40,922 nucleotides of DNA, from the sequence record SRR22947725_172; one strand, 5' to 3'. Both the position numbers and the translations under genes were made by a program. Shown piece after piece: positions 10,265 to 18,115 of the stretch. The notes under the pieces are model-generated. The model saw only the letters and a program-made list of their open reading frames with translations, was not told where the DNA came from and ran no database searches. Position 1 is the stretch's first letter; every line of letters starts with the position of its first letter.

Positions 10265-10324
10265 TACGAAAGATACGAAAGAAGTCCCCGAGCACTGCAC
10301 AAACATCTACCAGGGCATCTACCA
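10265..10324. repeat. Two pairs of 9-bp direct repeats
   Basis: TACGAAAGA x2 (10265-10282, tandem); CATCTACCA x2 (10304-10312 and 10316-10324, 12-bp period). Confidence 0.8.
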
Positions 10325-10375
10325 CAGAGCTTTTCTGTGAGCCTGTGTGCCAGCCTCGGATAAACTGGGTCCACC

Positions 10376-10417
10376 AAAACGCAGAGGTCGCCGTCCGAAA
10401 GGGCAGCGGCTTCTGTG
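10376..10417. terminator. Stem-loop with GAAA loop; terminator-like on the minus strand
   Basis: GCAGAGGTCGCCGTCC-GAAA-GGGCAGCGGCTTCTGT pairs with several G-U pairs; AAAA on the 5' side gives a short T tract on the minus strand. Confidence 0.45.
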
Positions 10418-10577
10418 CTATCTGGGCTCAGAACGTGTCACGCACACGTCAACCCTGCGTGTTGATGCAGTTCCCACCGGTGGCGCCGTTACGCACAACT
10501 CGACGAAGTGGATGCTGGTTGGCCCGGTCTGGCAGGTTTCCGTCACCTCAGCCGGATCCACCATCGGCAATGATGGA

Positions 10578-11093
10578 GTGGTGGGAGACTACGCGCGGCG
10601 AGAAAGACCAATTCGAGTGACTCGCGAGATTTCCGCTCCGGCTGAAGTGGTCTGGGCCGTGATCGCGACGCCAGGGCACCTTGAGCATGTGCATCCATTT
10701 TGTGAGCACAACCCTGTGACGGAGTGGCCGGGGGCTGCGTCGCGCGACGAAATTCACTACCGAAGCGGCTGGGTGTATGAGAGGACTTTCACTCATTGGG
10801 TCGACGGTGTCGGCTACGACCTCGACATCGGCGCGCCGGGCGAACCGACCTCCCATGTCAGTTGGCGGATTTCCCCTCGACCACCTGGGGCCTGCAACTT
10901 GGCAATCAGCGTGTGGCCACGATCGCTTACTCGCATCCGTGGGCTGCAGTATCTTCTTCGACTTTTGGTCCTCGGTCCAATGATGCGCCGTTACTTGCGT
11001 TCGGTAACGAAGGGCGTGGAATGGTTCGTGACGCAAGGCGAGCCAGTGAGGGCAAACCAATTTGGAACTCACCAGTGGTTCTCGCAGCGGTGA
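10578..11093 (+). CDS. SRPBCC/polyketide cyclase family protein
   Basis: VTREISAPAEVVWAVIATPG..E..HPF N-terminus and C-terminal helix typical of the START/Bet v1 fold; start uncertain (10578/10581/10617). Confidence 0.8.
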   Translation: MVGDYARRERPIRVTREISAPAEVVWAVIATPGHLEHVHPFCEHNPVTEWPGAASRDEIHYRSGWVYERTFTHWVDGVGYDLDIGAPGEPTSHVSWRISPRPPGACNLAISVWPRSLTRIRGLQYLLRLLVLGPMMRRYLRSVTKGVEWFVTQGEPVRANQFGTHQWFSQR

Positions 11094-11390
11094 TCACGAG
11101 TTACCACGGTCTCTGATCGATCAGGCCCGGCACCACTACGGAACTGGCGGGGCCTCGTTGGCTCCGTCAGCGACGAAAACGCAGGGGCCCCCGATTCATG
11201 TCGGCGTCACGAAGTGCGTGGGTTTAAGGTCGAGCGCAGCGACAGCTACCGCTGGGCCGAGGACATCACCGCCTGAAGGTCAGTGTTCGACTCAATGCTG
11301 CGGTCGGCGTACCTGACGGCGTCGCGAACCTCGCCAACGGGTAACTAGCCATTGACCTAGTGGCGGCGATGTAGCTGCCGACCCGTACAC

Positions 11391-11450
11391 AAACGAGCAC
11401 GCCTTGATAAATGCGCTCCTTCAACGGTGATCAAGGCGTGCTTCGTTTTT
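11391..11450. terminator. Long inverted repeat with T tract (intrinsic, possibly bidirectional terminator)
   Basis: AGCACGCCTTGAT (11396-11408) perfectly complements ATCAAGGCGTGCT (11430-11442); extends via AAACG/CGTTT and is followed by TTTTT. Confidence 0.65.
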
Positions 11451-11618
11451 CGCCGAGGCTGGAGCGCATGAGCACACAGAAGCGTGGAGCCTTTGCCACC
11501 GCCTGTTCCCCGACGATCCGATCGGAGTCGTGTTCTCAGTCTGGAGGCTTTTGCCGAGCAAATCCCACACAATTTTCTGATGACAGCGCGACACGACTAG
11601 ACCGCACGCATGTTCACA

Positions 11619-11894
11619 TCAAGAAAATTTTGCGCCCAGAACGTTAGTGATGGTTTCATCATCCATTAGGGGCGTTATGACGATCTCAATCATTCCGTTC
11701 CAGTCAAGCGCATAGTCTCCCAGGGCGCCCGCGTCTGTGGATTCGAGAATCGCAAAGCCGCCAGTTCCGTCAACATTGTGATACCGCGACACAAGCGTTG
11801 CGCCCTCCGGTGGCATGCCACCAGTAGCCATAAACTGTTTGATGGTGTTGTCTCTGGCTTCCGGCGAATGGGTCCAGGCAAATTTGAATAGCAT
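11619..11894 (-). CDS. DUF3303 family protein
   Basis: Strong SD AAAAGGAG; F...W.......F..TGG.PPEG..LV.R.H..DG..GF.I.E..D......A..W...I.....P.MDD pattern; AT-richer than flanks. Confidence 0.85.
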   Translation of the reverse strand: MLFKFAWTHSPEARDNTIKQFMATGGMPPEGATLVSRYHNVDGTGGFAILESTDAGALGDYALDWNGMIEIVITPLMDDETITNVLGAKFS

Positions 11895-12168
11895 ATTGCT
11901 CTCCTTTTAAAGGCGGCTCAAGTCGGCCGCATGTTCAGACTAACGAGTCGTTCCGAGCAGTTTTGTTGCCAGATTGTTAAGTCCAGGTTAAGGCGTCCGA
12001 GGTAGGGATCTGATGGCTCGCCGTGGCCAGGCCGAGCCCGACTGCCAGTTTCTGTCTGTCGGCGCTGGCTTGGCGCTCCCAAGCTACGACGTGCCACAGG
12101 AAGATCGCTCAGCCTGAGAACTGGATGCTCCACGCCTCGGGTTCAACGCCCGCTGGCACTTCACGGCG

Positions 12169-12479
12169 TTGATGTTGACTGGGTGTGCGAGTGGTAGCGA
12201 CTCCGTCTCGACGACGATTGAACCGGAGACGACGATCGCGCCGACGACACACCCGCTCGGAAATGTCGCAGGGCGCAATTTCGACTTCGAGTGGCTGGCC
12301 TGGACGTGTGAGCTCGATACGGACCTGAACAGCGTCGACCTGGCCAGGCCAACCTGCGCGATCCGATTCTGGAACGAGTGGACCTGACCGGCGCGGACTT
12401 GGACAAGGCGAACCTGCCCGACGCGAAACTGCAGTACGCGAACCTGACAGTCGCTCAGCTGTCCGGCGCAAAGACGTGA
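12169..12479 (+). pseudogene. Frameshifted pentapeptide-repeat lipoprotein
   Basis: Lipobox LTG-C, Thr-rich linker, DTDLNSVDLAR; after a frameshift near 12347 reads ANLRDPILERVDLTGADLDKANLPDAKLQYANLTVAQLSGAKT-stop (A[D/N]Lxx repeats). Confidence 0.75.
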
Positions 12480-12520
12480 CTGGTCGTCATCACACCGTTT
12501 GGGCTCATGATTCGGGTTTC

Positions 12521-12569
12521 GGTTGTCCCAGATTTGGTCGATTGAGAGGTTGTCCCAAATGACTGATCA
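12521..12569. repeat. 13-bp direct repeat pair, possibly a transposon-end remnant
   Basis: GGTTGTCCCAGAT (12521-12533) and GGTTGTCCCAAAT (12548-12560), followed by GACTGATCA. Confidence 0.55.
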
Positions 12570-12688
12570 CGTGGCGGACTGTGCCGGTCCGAGCCGCCAC
12601 CGCACTTAAAATTCGAGATTCTTTGGGAACTTTCAGGGTCGCACTGAAAGCACTCAGGGGGTGGCACTAAATCTCTTGCCTCTTAGAC

Positions 12689-12901
12689 GTGGTGTCGCTG
12701 CAGGAAGAGTCCGCTCTTGGTCGACGGTATGGAACGTCGACAGTGTCGAAGGATCTTTCCCAGCGGGCCCAGACCCTGCTTGCGATGCAGGTCAACGGCG
12801 AACCGTTGCATCTCGACCACGGCTTTCCGATCCGGCTGATTGCCCCAGCACGGCTCGGTGTCAATCAAACCAAGTAGCTCGCCAAGGTGATTGTTCGATG
12901 A
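12689..12901 (+). pseudogene. 3' fragment of a molybdopterin-dependent oxidoreductase (sulfite oxidase/MsrP-like)
   Basis: LLAMQVNGEPLHLDHGFPIRLIAP...GVNQTK followed by TAG where the family has Trp (TKW), then LAKVIVR-stop; 5' part absent. Confidence 0.85.
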
Positions 12902-13399
12902 GCGACACAACCCGGTGACCAACACAGCGACCAACCCGGTGACCCGGGCAGCGACCGAGCCGGTGACCCGGGCAGCAAGTACGGCGCCCTGTTCTGGGTT
13001 GGCACCCTCCTCGGATGGGTGATCATCGGGTACGGCGCGCCCCTGATGCTTTCCGACGACGAGGCCGAATGGTTCAACATCGTTCGCTTGGTCACGATCG
13101 GCATCATCGCCCACGACATCGTGTGGCAATCGTTGTCTGTCGTTGCCGGCTTGCTCGTATCGAGGATTCTCGGCCGCGAGATTCCCTTCTGGGTTCGCTG
13201 GGCGGGCTGGACCACGGCGATCATCGTCGCCATGTGGTGGCCGGTTGGACGCCGCTACGGAGATCGTCTCAACAACGACACGATCCTGCCGCGCAATTAC
13301 ACGAACTCGATCGTGATTTTGCTCGCCGTCATCTGGATCGGCGCTGCGGCCTATGGGTTGGCATCCTCGCGTCGCTCAGTTCAGCGCTCCGAGGGGTAG
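12898..13399 (+). pseudogene. Membrane partner protein of the Mo-oxidoreductase, +1 frameshift near the start
   Basis: ATGA overlap at 12898; removing the extra A at 12907 gives MSDQPGDQHSDQPGDPGSDRAGDPGSKYGALFWVGTLLGW..., about 4 TM helices, AHD and LPRNY motifs. Confidence 0.75.
12901..12973. repeat. 24-bp tandem repeat x3 (first copy has a 1-bp insertion)
   Basis: AGCGAC(A)CAACCCGGTGACCAACAC / AGCGACCAACCCGGTGACCCGGGC / AGCGACCGAGCCGGTGACCCGGGC. Confidence 0.9.
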
Positions 13400-14373
13400 A
13401 CCACGCCGACCTGCTGGCGGACCTCGTCGAGCAGCTGCATGGTCTGCAGCGTCGAATCCCACGTGACCACATCGCTCTGAATGTGGCCATCGCGAATGCG
13501 CTCCATCGCATGAGCCGCCTCGTGGGCCAGGCCCTCGTTGGGCATCTCGACGTGCTGCGGATCAGTCCCGAGGGAGTGCACCGTGAACGATGAGGTGAAC
13601 CAGAAAGGTGGGTCCACATCGATCCGGCCCGTTGTTCCGACGATTCGGGCACCGAGCCCACTGACCGCGTCGAGCGACGTCTGGAACGTACTCAACGCTC
13701 CGCTCGGAAACGCCGCAACTCCCGCCACAGTCGCATCGACTCCGCCGGCGGTGAGGCGGCCGATCGCCTTGACCTCATCTGGGTACTCGCCGAGGACGAA
13801 ACACGGAAAGGTCAGCGGGTAGATGCCCAGGTCGAGCAGCGCGCCTCCGGCGAGGTCGGCTTGGCGATGGCGACCGTCGGGATCAGAGATGTCCAAACAA
13901 AAGTCAGCATCGACGCTCACGATCTTGCCGATCTCGCCGGCGTTGACTCGTCGGCGAATGTCGACGACGGCAGGAATGAACCAAGTCCACATTGCCTCCA
14001 TCAGGAACCGATTGTTTCGACGCGCCGACTCGATCATTTCCCCGGCCGCGGCCGCGTTGAGCGCAAAGGCCTTCTCGCACACGACGTGTTTGCCGGCGTT
14101 GAGCGCGGCCATCGTCATATCGTGGTGTTCGCTGTGCGGCGACGCGACATAGATGATGTCGACGTTCGGGTCAGCACAGAGATCAGTGTGCGACGGATGG
14201 GCGCGTTCGATGTCGAACTCGGACGCGAACCGATCAGCTGACTCCTGGGATCGCGAGCCGACCGCAACAACCTCGGCATCGGGCAACGTGTGAAGTGCTC
14301 GCGTCATCTGCTCGGCAATCCCGCCGGTTGATGCGATTCCCCAGCGCAGGGGAGTGGTCGAAGTATCGGACAT
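13381..14373 (-). CDS. Gfo/Idh/MocA family oxidoreductase
   Basis: LRWGIASTGGIA, HVVCEKAF, FLMEAMWT, GGALLDLGIYP; start at ATG 14373. Confidence 0.93.
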   Translation of the reverse strand: MSDTSTTPLRWGIASTGGIAEQMTRALHTLPDAEVVAVGSRSQESADRFASEFDIERAHPSHTDLCADPNVDIIYVASPHSEHHDMTMAALNAGKHVVCEKAFALNAAAAGEMIESARRNNRFLMEAMWTWFIPAVVDIRRRVNAGEIGKIVSVDADFCLDISDPDGRHRQADLAGGALLDLGIYPLTFPCFVLGEYPDEVKAIGRLTAGGVDATVAGVAAFPSGALSTFQTSLDAVSGLGARIVGTTGRIDVDPPFWFTSSFTVHSLGTDPQHVEMPNEGLAHEAAHAMERIRDGHIQSDVVTWDSTLQTMQLLDEVRQQVGVVYPSER

Positions 14374-14401
14374 GGCGCCGATACTTGCATTCGCGAGCGG
14401 T

Positions 14402-15238
14402 TCAGGAACTGCTGAGAATGGCTTCGATCCATTGGGCGACGGCGTCATCGGCATTCGTGCCGATCACGAGGTCCGCTGCGGATCGGGCCAACGATGAACC
14501 GTTGCCCATGGCGATACCGAGGCCAGCCCACTCGAGCAGCGCCGCGTCGTTGTGGTTGTCGCCGAGTGCGACCACATCGCGTCGATCGATTCCCCACCTG
14601 CTGCACAGCTCTGCCACCGCAGTTGCCTTGTTGATGCCGACGCCGGTGATCTCGACAAACTGCACGCCGCTGGTCGAGACCGTCAAGGGGTCAACCATCC
14701 GTGGCACGAGAAACTCGCGCAGTTCCTCCTGTTCGATCTGCGGATGGCGGACCATGATCTTTGTGGTGCGGTCCGACATGATCGGGCGGCGCTCGAGGCC
14801 ACGCTCTTCGCCGAGGTCTTCGTGCACGAATGCGATGTCGTCGAACGCATCGTCCCACCCGTTGCCGTGATCCGTTTCCCAGCAGAACGCAAACCGGTCA
14901 TCGATGGCCGACACGCACGCGAACAGTCGCTCGACCATTGCCGGATCGATCGGAAATCGATCAGTGGTGTGGCCGGTCGGAAGGTCGTGGATCAGTGACC
15001 CGTTCGAGCAGACTGCAGTGCCGATCACTTCGACGGGGGCAAGTCGGGGCACCGCTGACGTCGTCGATCGACCGGTTGCTGCGATGACATGAATACCGGC
15101 GCCAACTGCAGCTTGTACTGCCGCAATGGTGCGCGGCGTGAGCGCGTGCTCAGGTCCGAACAGCGTGCCATCCAGGTCGCTCGCGATCAGTCGAACGGGT
15201 CGTCTCCGGATCAATGAATCGTCCGGAAGCCGTACCAT
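14402..15238 (-). CDS. Cof-type HAD-IIB hydrolase
   Basis: ASDLDGTL, ATGR, SNG, K.TA, ALGDNHND..LL...G.GIAMGN. Confidence 0.93.
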   Translation of the reverse strand: MVRLPDDSLIRRRPVRLIASDLDGTLFGPEHALTPRTIAAVQAAVGAGIHVIAATGRSTTSAVPRLAPVEVIGTAVCSNGSLIHDLPTGHTTDRFPIDPAMVERLFACVSAIDDRFAFCWETDHGNGWDDAFDDIAFVHEDLGEERGLERRPIMSDRTTKIMVRHPQIEQEELREFLVPRMVDPLTVSTSGVQFVEITGVGINKATAVAELCSRWGIDRRDVVALGDNHNDAALLEWAGLGIAMGNGSSLARSAADLVIGTNADDAVAQWIEAILSSS

Positions 15239-15411
15239 GCGAGCACGACGATACCGAGGCCGACGACGAGCTGGACCAGCGCCTTCTCACGCGGAACGAG
15301 CCACACCAGCAGACCAAACACCACCAGCGTGACGATGGCCTGAGCGACAACGCCTGCATCGGTCTGCGGGGACCACAGGTCACCCACGGCCGAAGCGGGT
15401 ATCGCTCTCAA
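15211..15411 (-). CDS. Small two-TM membrane protein
   Basis: TTG start overlapping the upstream stop (TTGA); two hydrophobic helices; 66 aa. Confidence 0.65.
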   Translation of the reverse strand: MRAIPASAVGDLWSPQTDAGVVAQAIVTLVVFGLLVWLVPREKALVQLVVGLGIVVLAWYGFRTIH

Positions 15412-16829
15412 CTGGTGCCGCGCTTGCGACGTTTGGCGACTCGGCCGCGCATCATTGCCCACCATTCGCGCGGGAGGCTCCGGAACGTCGCGGTGGCGAA
15501 CTCATCGGCGATGAACCCGATTGCCTGTGAGTAGGCCGGGTACGGGTGCACGGTGCCGAACAGCTTGCGGAGCCCGATGCCGTTGTCGATCATGATCGTG
15601 AACATGCCGATCATCTCGGCTGCATCGGGAGCGACGATCGCAGCGCGCAGAATCTTTCCAGTGAAACGTTCGGCGTCGACGGCAACAAAGCCGTGCTCAA
15701 CGTCGTCGGTCAGCCCGCGATCGATGTCCTTCAAGTGCTTGACCAGGCGAATCCGCCCTATCTCAGGCAGCGCATCGAGTTCGGTCATGGTCAGGCCGAC
15801 CGACGTGATCTGTGGCCGGCAGTACACAGCGCTGGGCAGCGCTCGAGCGTTCCCGACCTTAGGCAGCGGCAGCGCAATGGCTCGAATCGTGCGACGCGCG
15901 ATCGAGTTCGCCCCGTGCGTCGTTGCGGTATTTCCGGTGACGTCACCGACGGCGTAGACACCGTCGACGGACGTCCGGCCCCAGTCGTCGGCCACAATCC
16001 CATTCCGCGCAAGGTCGACGCCTGCATCTTCGAGGCCCAGCCCGGCGAGCTTCGGGCGACGACCGATGCCGATCAGCACCTTGTCAACGCCGATAATCGC
16101 GTCGCCGTTGGTGAGGTGGGCCGTCTGCAGTGCCTCGTCGAAGCGTTCGATTGATGTCGACGTATGCATGTGTGCTCCACGATCGCGCAGCGCTGCTTCG
16201 ATGGTGGACGACACCAGAGGGTCCTCCATGCCGATCAGCCGTTCTGCAAGCTCGACGATGTGCACCTCGCTCCCGAGGTCGAGAAAGGCCGTAGCCATTT
16301 CGAGGGAGATCACGCCACCGCCGATCAACACGATGGTGTCGGGGACGGTCTCCATCTCGAAGATGTTCTCGTTGGTGAGTACGCGCTCGGGCCCGAGACC
16401 CTCGACCGCGATCTCGATCGGTTTCGAACCGGTGCTCACGATCACGTTCTCGGCGCGGACCTCAAGGTCCCCATCGGGCCCGCTCACACAGACGACGTGC
16501 GCGCCGTTCTCTGACTTGGTGAGGCGTGCCCAGCCGCGCACGAGATGAATATGGTCGTGCGTTTCCATCTCGACGTCTTCGTGAGCCGCAAGCCCATCGC
16601 GCCGCGCCCGAACCCAGGCGAGCGGATCAGCCACGCCTGCTCGAGCAGCGTGCAGCAACGCCTTGGACGGAATACACCCAACGTTCGTGCAGTCGCCGCC
16701 GATCTTGTCGCCTTCGATCAGCACGATGTCGTGGCCGAAGTTGGACAACCCGATCGCCATGGTCAAGCCACCCGAACCAGCGCCAATCACGGCGGCCTTG
16801 TAGGTGGTCAGGGGGTCGTGGCCAATCAT
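15408..16829 (-). CDS. Class I pyridine nucleotide-disulfide oxidoreductase (LpdA/MerA superfamily, not MerA)
   Basis: GAGSGG, GGDCTNVGCIPSK redox disulfide, GGGVISLE, YAVGD, HPYP; no C-terminal Cys pair. Confidence 0.92.
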   Translation of the reverse strand: MIGHDPLTTYKAAVIGAGSGGLTMAIGLSNFGHDIVLIEGDKIGGDCTNVGCIPSKALLHAARAGVADPLAWVRARRDGLAAHEDVEMETHDHIHLVRGWARLTKSENGAHVVCVSGPDGDLEVRAENVIVSTGSKPIEIAVEGLGPERVLTNENIFEMETVPDTIVLIGGGVISLEMATAFLDLGSEVHIVELAERLIGMEDPLVSSTIEAALRDRGAHMHTSTSIERFDEALQTAHLTNGDAIIGVDKVLIGIGRRPKLAGLGLEDAGVDLARNGIVADDWGRTSVDGVYAVGDVTGNTATTHGANSIARRTIRAIALPLPKVGNARALPSAVYCRPQITSVGLTMTELDALPEIGRIRLVKHLKDIDRGLTDDVEHGFVAVDAERFTGKILRAAIVAPDAAEMIGMFTIMIDNGIGLRKLFGTVHPYPAYSQAIGFIADEFATATFRSLPREWWAMMRGRVAKRRKRGTS

Positions 16830-17602
16830 GTGGTGCTCAGTTCTGTGGAAAGACGGTGCGTCGCGCTGGGCATAGCTTGCCGTCGTTTGACGAAGCGCGC
16901 GATCGCGAGGCTGGTCACGAAGATCACAACGCTCGAAACCAGCGTGATGGGGTCGATGCCGCCGAGTCCCTGATCGACGCGTTCCAGCGAGGCGCCGAGG
17001 AGCACGAACGAGATCGTGCCGGGCAGCGAGCCGATTGCTGTGGCCGTGATGAACGGCACGTACCGGATGCGCAGTGCGCCGGCGGCGTAGTTGACGAGGT
17101 CGTAGGGAAGAAACAGAAAGCGCATCACGAGCACGGTCTCAAAACTGTTGTCGCGCATCGTGTTCGACCAACGCAAGACCAGCGAAGATGCCGCTTGATC
17201 GCCCCGTTCGCCGACCTGACCGCCTGGCGGGTGACCAAGCAATCGGCCGACAAGGTAGGCAAGAGTTGCTGAGCCATTTGACGCCACGATCACGATGACG
17301 ACTCCCGCGACTGGGCCGAAGAGCACGCCGCCGACGATGGTGAGGACCGATGCCGGGAACAACACCAGAGGGCGGGCAAGGTAGACCGCCACGTATGCGA
17401 CAACGCCCCACCAGGCGAACTCAACGGTGTCGATGAACGCCTGCGCCGCGCCTGTGGTCGAGAGCCCGCGCGACGTCTGGTACTGCCGCCAGGTCACGAT
17501 CGCGGCGACCCAGACGGCCAGCACCGCAGCGCGCCGGGCCCAGACGTGCCAACGGGCCACGGACCCGTCGGCAGAAGTCTGGATATGCGGCATCGCGTTC
17601 AT
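16826..17602 (-). CDS. TVP38/TMEM64 (VTT/DedA superfamily) membrane protein
   Basis: RPLVLFPASVLTIVGGVLFG, MRFLFLPYDLVNYAAG, TAIGSLPG; ATGA-coupled to the flavoprotein. Confidence 0.9.
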   Translation of the reverse strand: MNAMPHIQTSADGSVARWHVWARRAAVLAVWVAAIVTWRQYQTSRGLSTTGAAQAFIDTVEFAWWGVVAYVAVYLARPLVLFPASVLTIVGGVLFGPVAGVVIVIVASNGSATLAYLVGRLLGHPPGGQVGERGDQAASSLVLRWSNTMRDNSFETVLVMRFLFLPYDLVNYAAGALRIRYVPFITATAIGSLPGTISFVLLGASLERVDQGLGGIDPITLVSSVVIFVTSLAIARFVKRRQAMPSATHRLSTELSTT

Positions 17603-17679
17603 CAAAGTTTCTCAACAGGATCATTGCCGCCCGACATTCCGCGATGACGGCTGTTTCGTGTTTGGTTCGCAACCAACTA

Positions 17680-17701
17680 TGTGAGCGCGCCTCAATATGG
17701 T
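17680..17701 (+). promoter_or_regulatory. PafBC/RecA-NDp-like promoter upstream of the ssb paralog
   Basis: TGTGAG-N10-TATGGT; same geometry as the mycobacterial TGTCGG-N10-TANNNT and the recN promoter here. Confidence 0.5.
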
Positions 17702-17753
17702 GCAGCTCACCGACTCTCCCCACCGAACGTCTCGATTCCCGTGGGAGCACCAC

Positions 17754-18110
17754 ATGCAAATCAATCTTGCCGTCGTGAGCGGCATCATGTCCACCGAGCC
17801 CATTCACCGCGAACTGGCCAGCGGCGATCTGATCGTTCAGTTCGACCTCAGCACCTGCGTCGAACACGACGGGCGGGCAGTCAATGTTTCGGTGCCGGTG
17901 GCATGGCGCAATCCGTCGGTTGCCGCCGTCGCTGCTCTTGTCGCCGGTGAGGAAGTCGTGGTAACCGGCCGGGTCCAGCGGCGGTTCTTCCGCAGTGGCG
18001 GCGTGACGCAGACCAGAACCGAACTGGTCGCGGAGCGCTGCCCCCCGGCGCGGCGCACGAAGAGTGTGCGTTCGCTCCTGGCTGCAGCAGCTGCGAACCT
18101 GACTCCATAG
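17754..18110 (+). CDS. Single-stranded DNA-binding protein paralog (OB fold, no acidic tail)
   Basis: NLAVVSG...P..RELASG......F.L....VPVAW...GEEVVVTGRVQRRFF....TELVA; GGAG SD before ATG 17754. Confidence 0.85.
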   Translation: MQINLAVVSGIMSTEPIHRELASGDLIVQFDLSTCVEHDGRAVNVSVPVAWRNPSVAAVAALVAGEEVVVTGRVQRRFFRSGGVTQTRTELVAERCPPARRTKSVRSLLAAAAANLTP

Positions 18111-18115
18111 GCGCC

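Noticed and set aside
11094-11276. Possible GNAT acetyltransferase remnant (SLIDQARHHY / GSVSDENAGA...RGF)
   Set aside because: Needs a frameshift and the resemblance is too weak without a search
11938-11995. Integron attC-like site upstream of DUF3303 (GACTTAAC...GTTAGTC on minus strand)
   Set aside because: About 46 bp, shorter than known attC sites; no internal L-box palindrome, no second site, no integron integrase
12875-12877. In-frame TAG as a pyrrolysine/readthrough codon
   Set aside because: It aligns with a conserved Trp (one-base TGG to TAG change) in an already truncated gene
9965-12973. Short repeats in the accessory patch as a CRISPR array
   Set aside because: Only 2-3 copies each, tandem or without regular unique spacers; no cas genes
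15408-16829. Mercuric reductase (merA) call
   Set aside because: No C-terminal Cys-Cys pair, no NmerA domain, no mer operon genes
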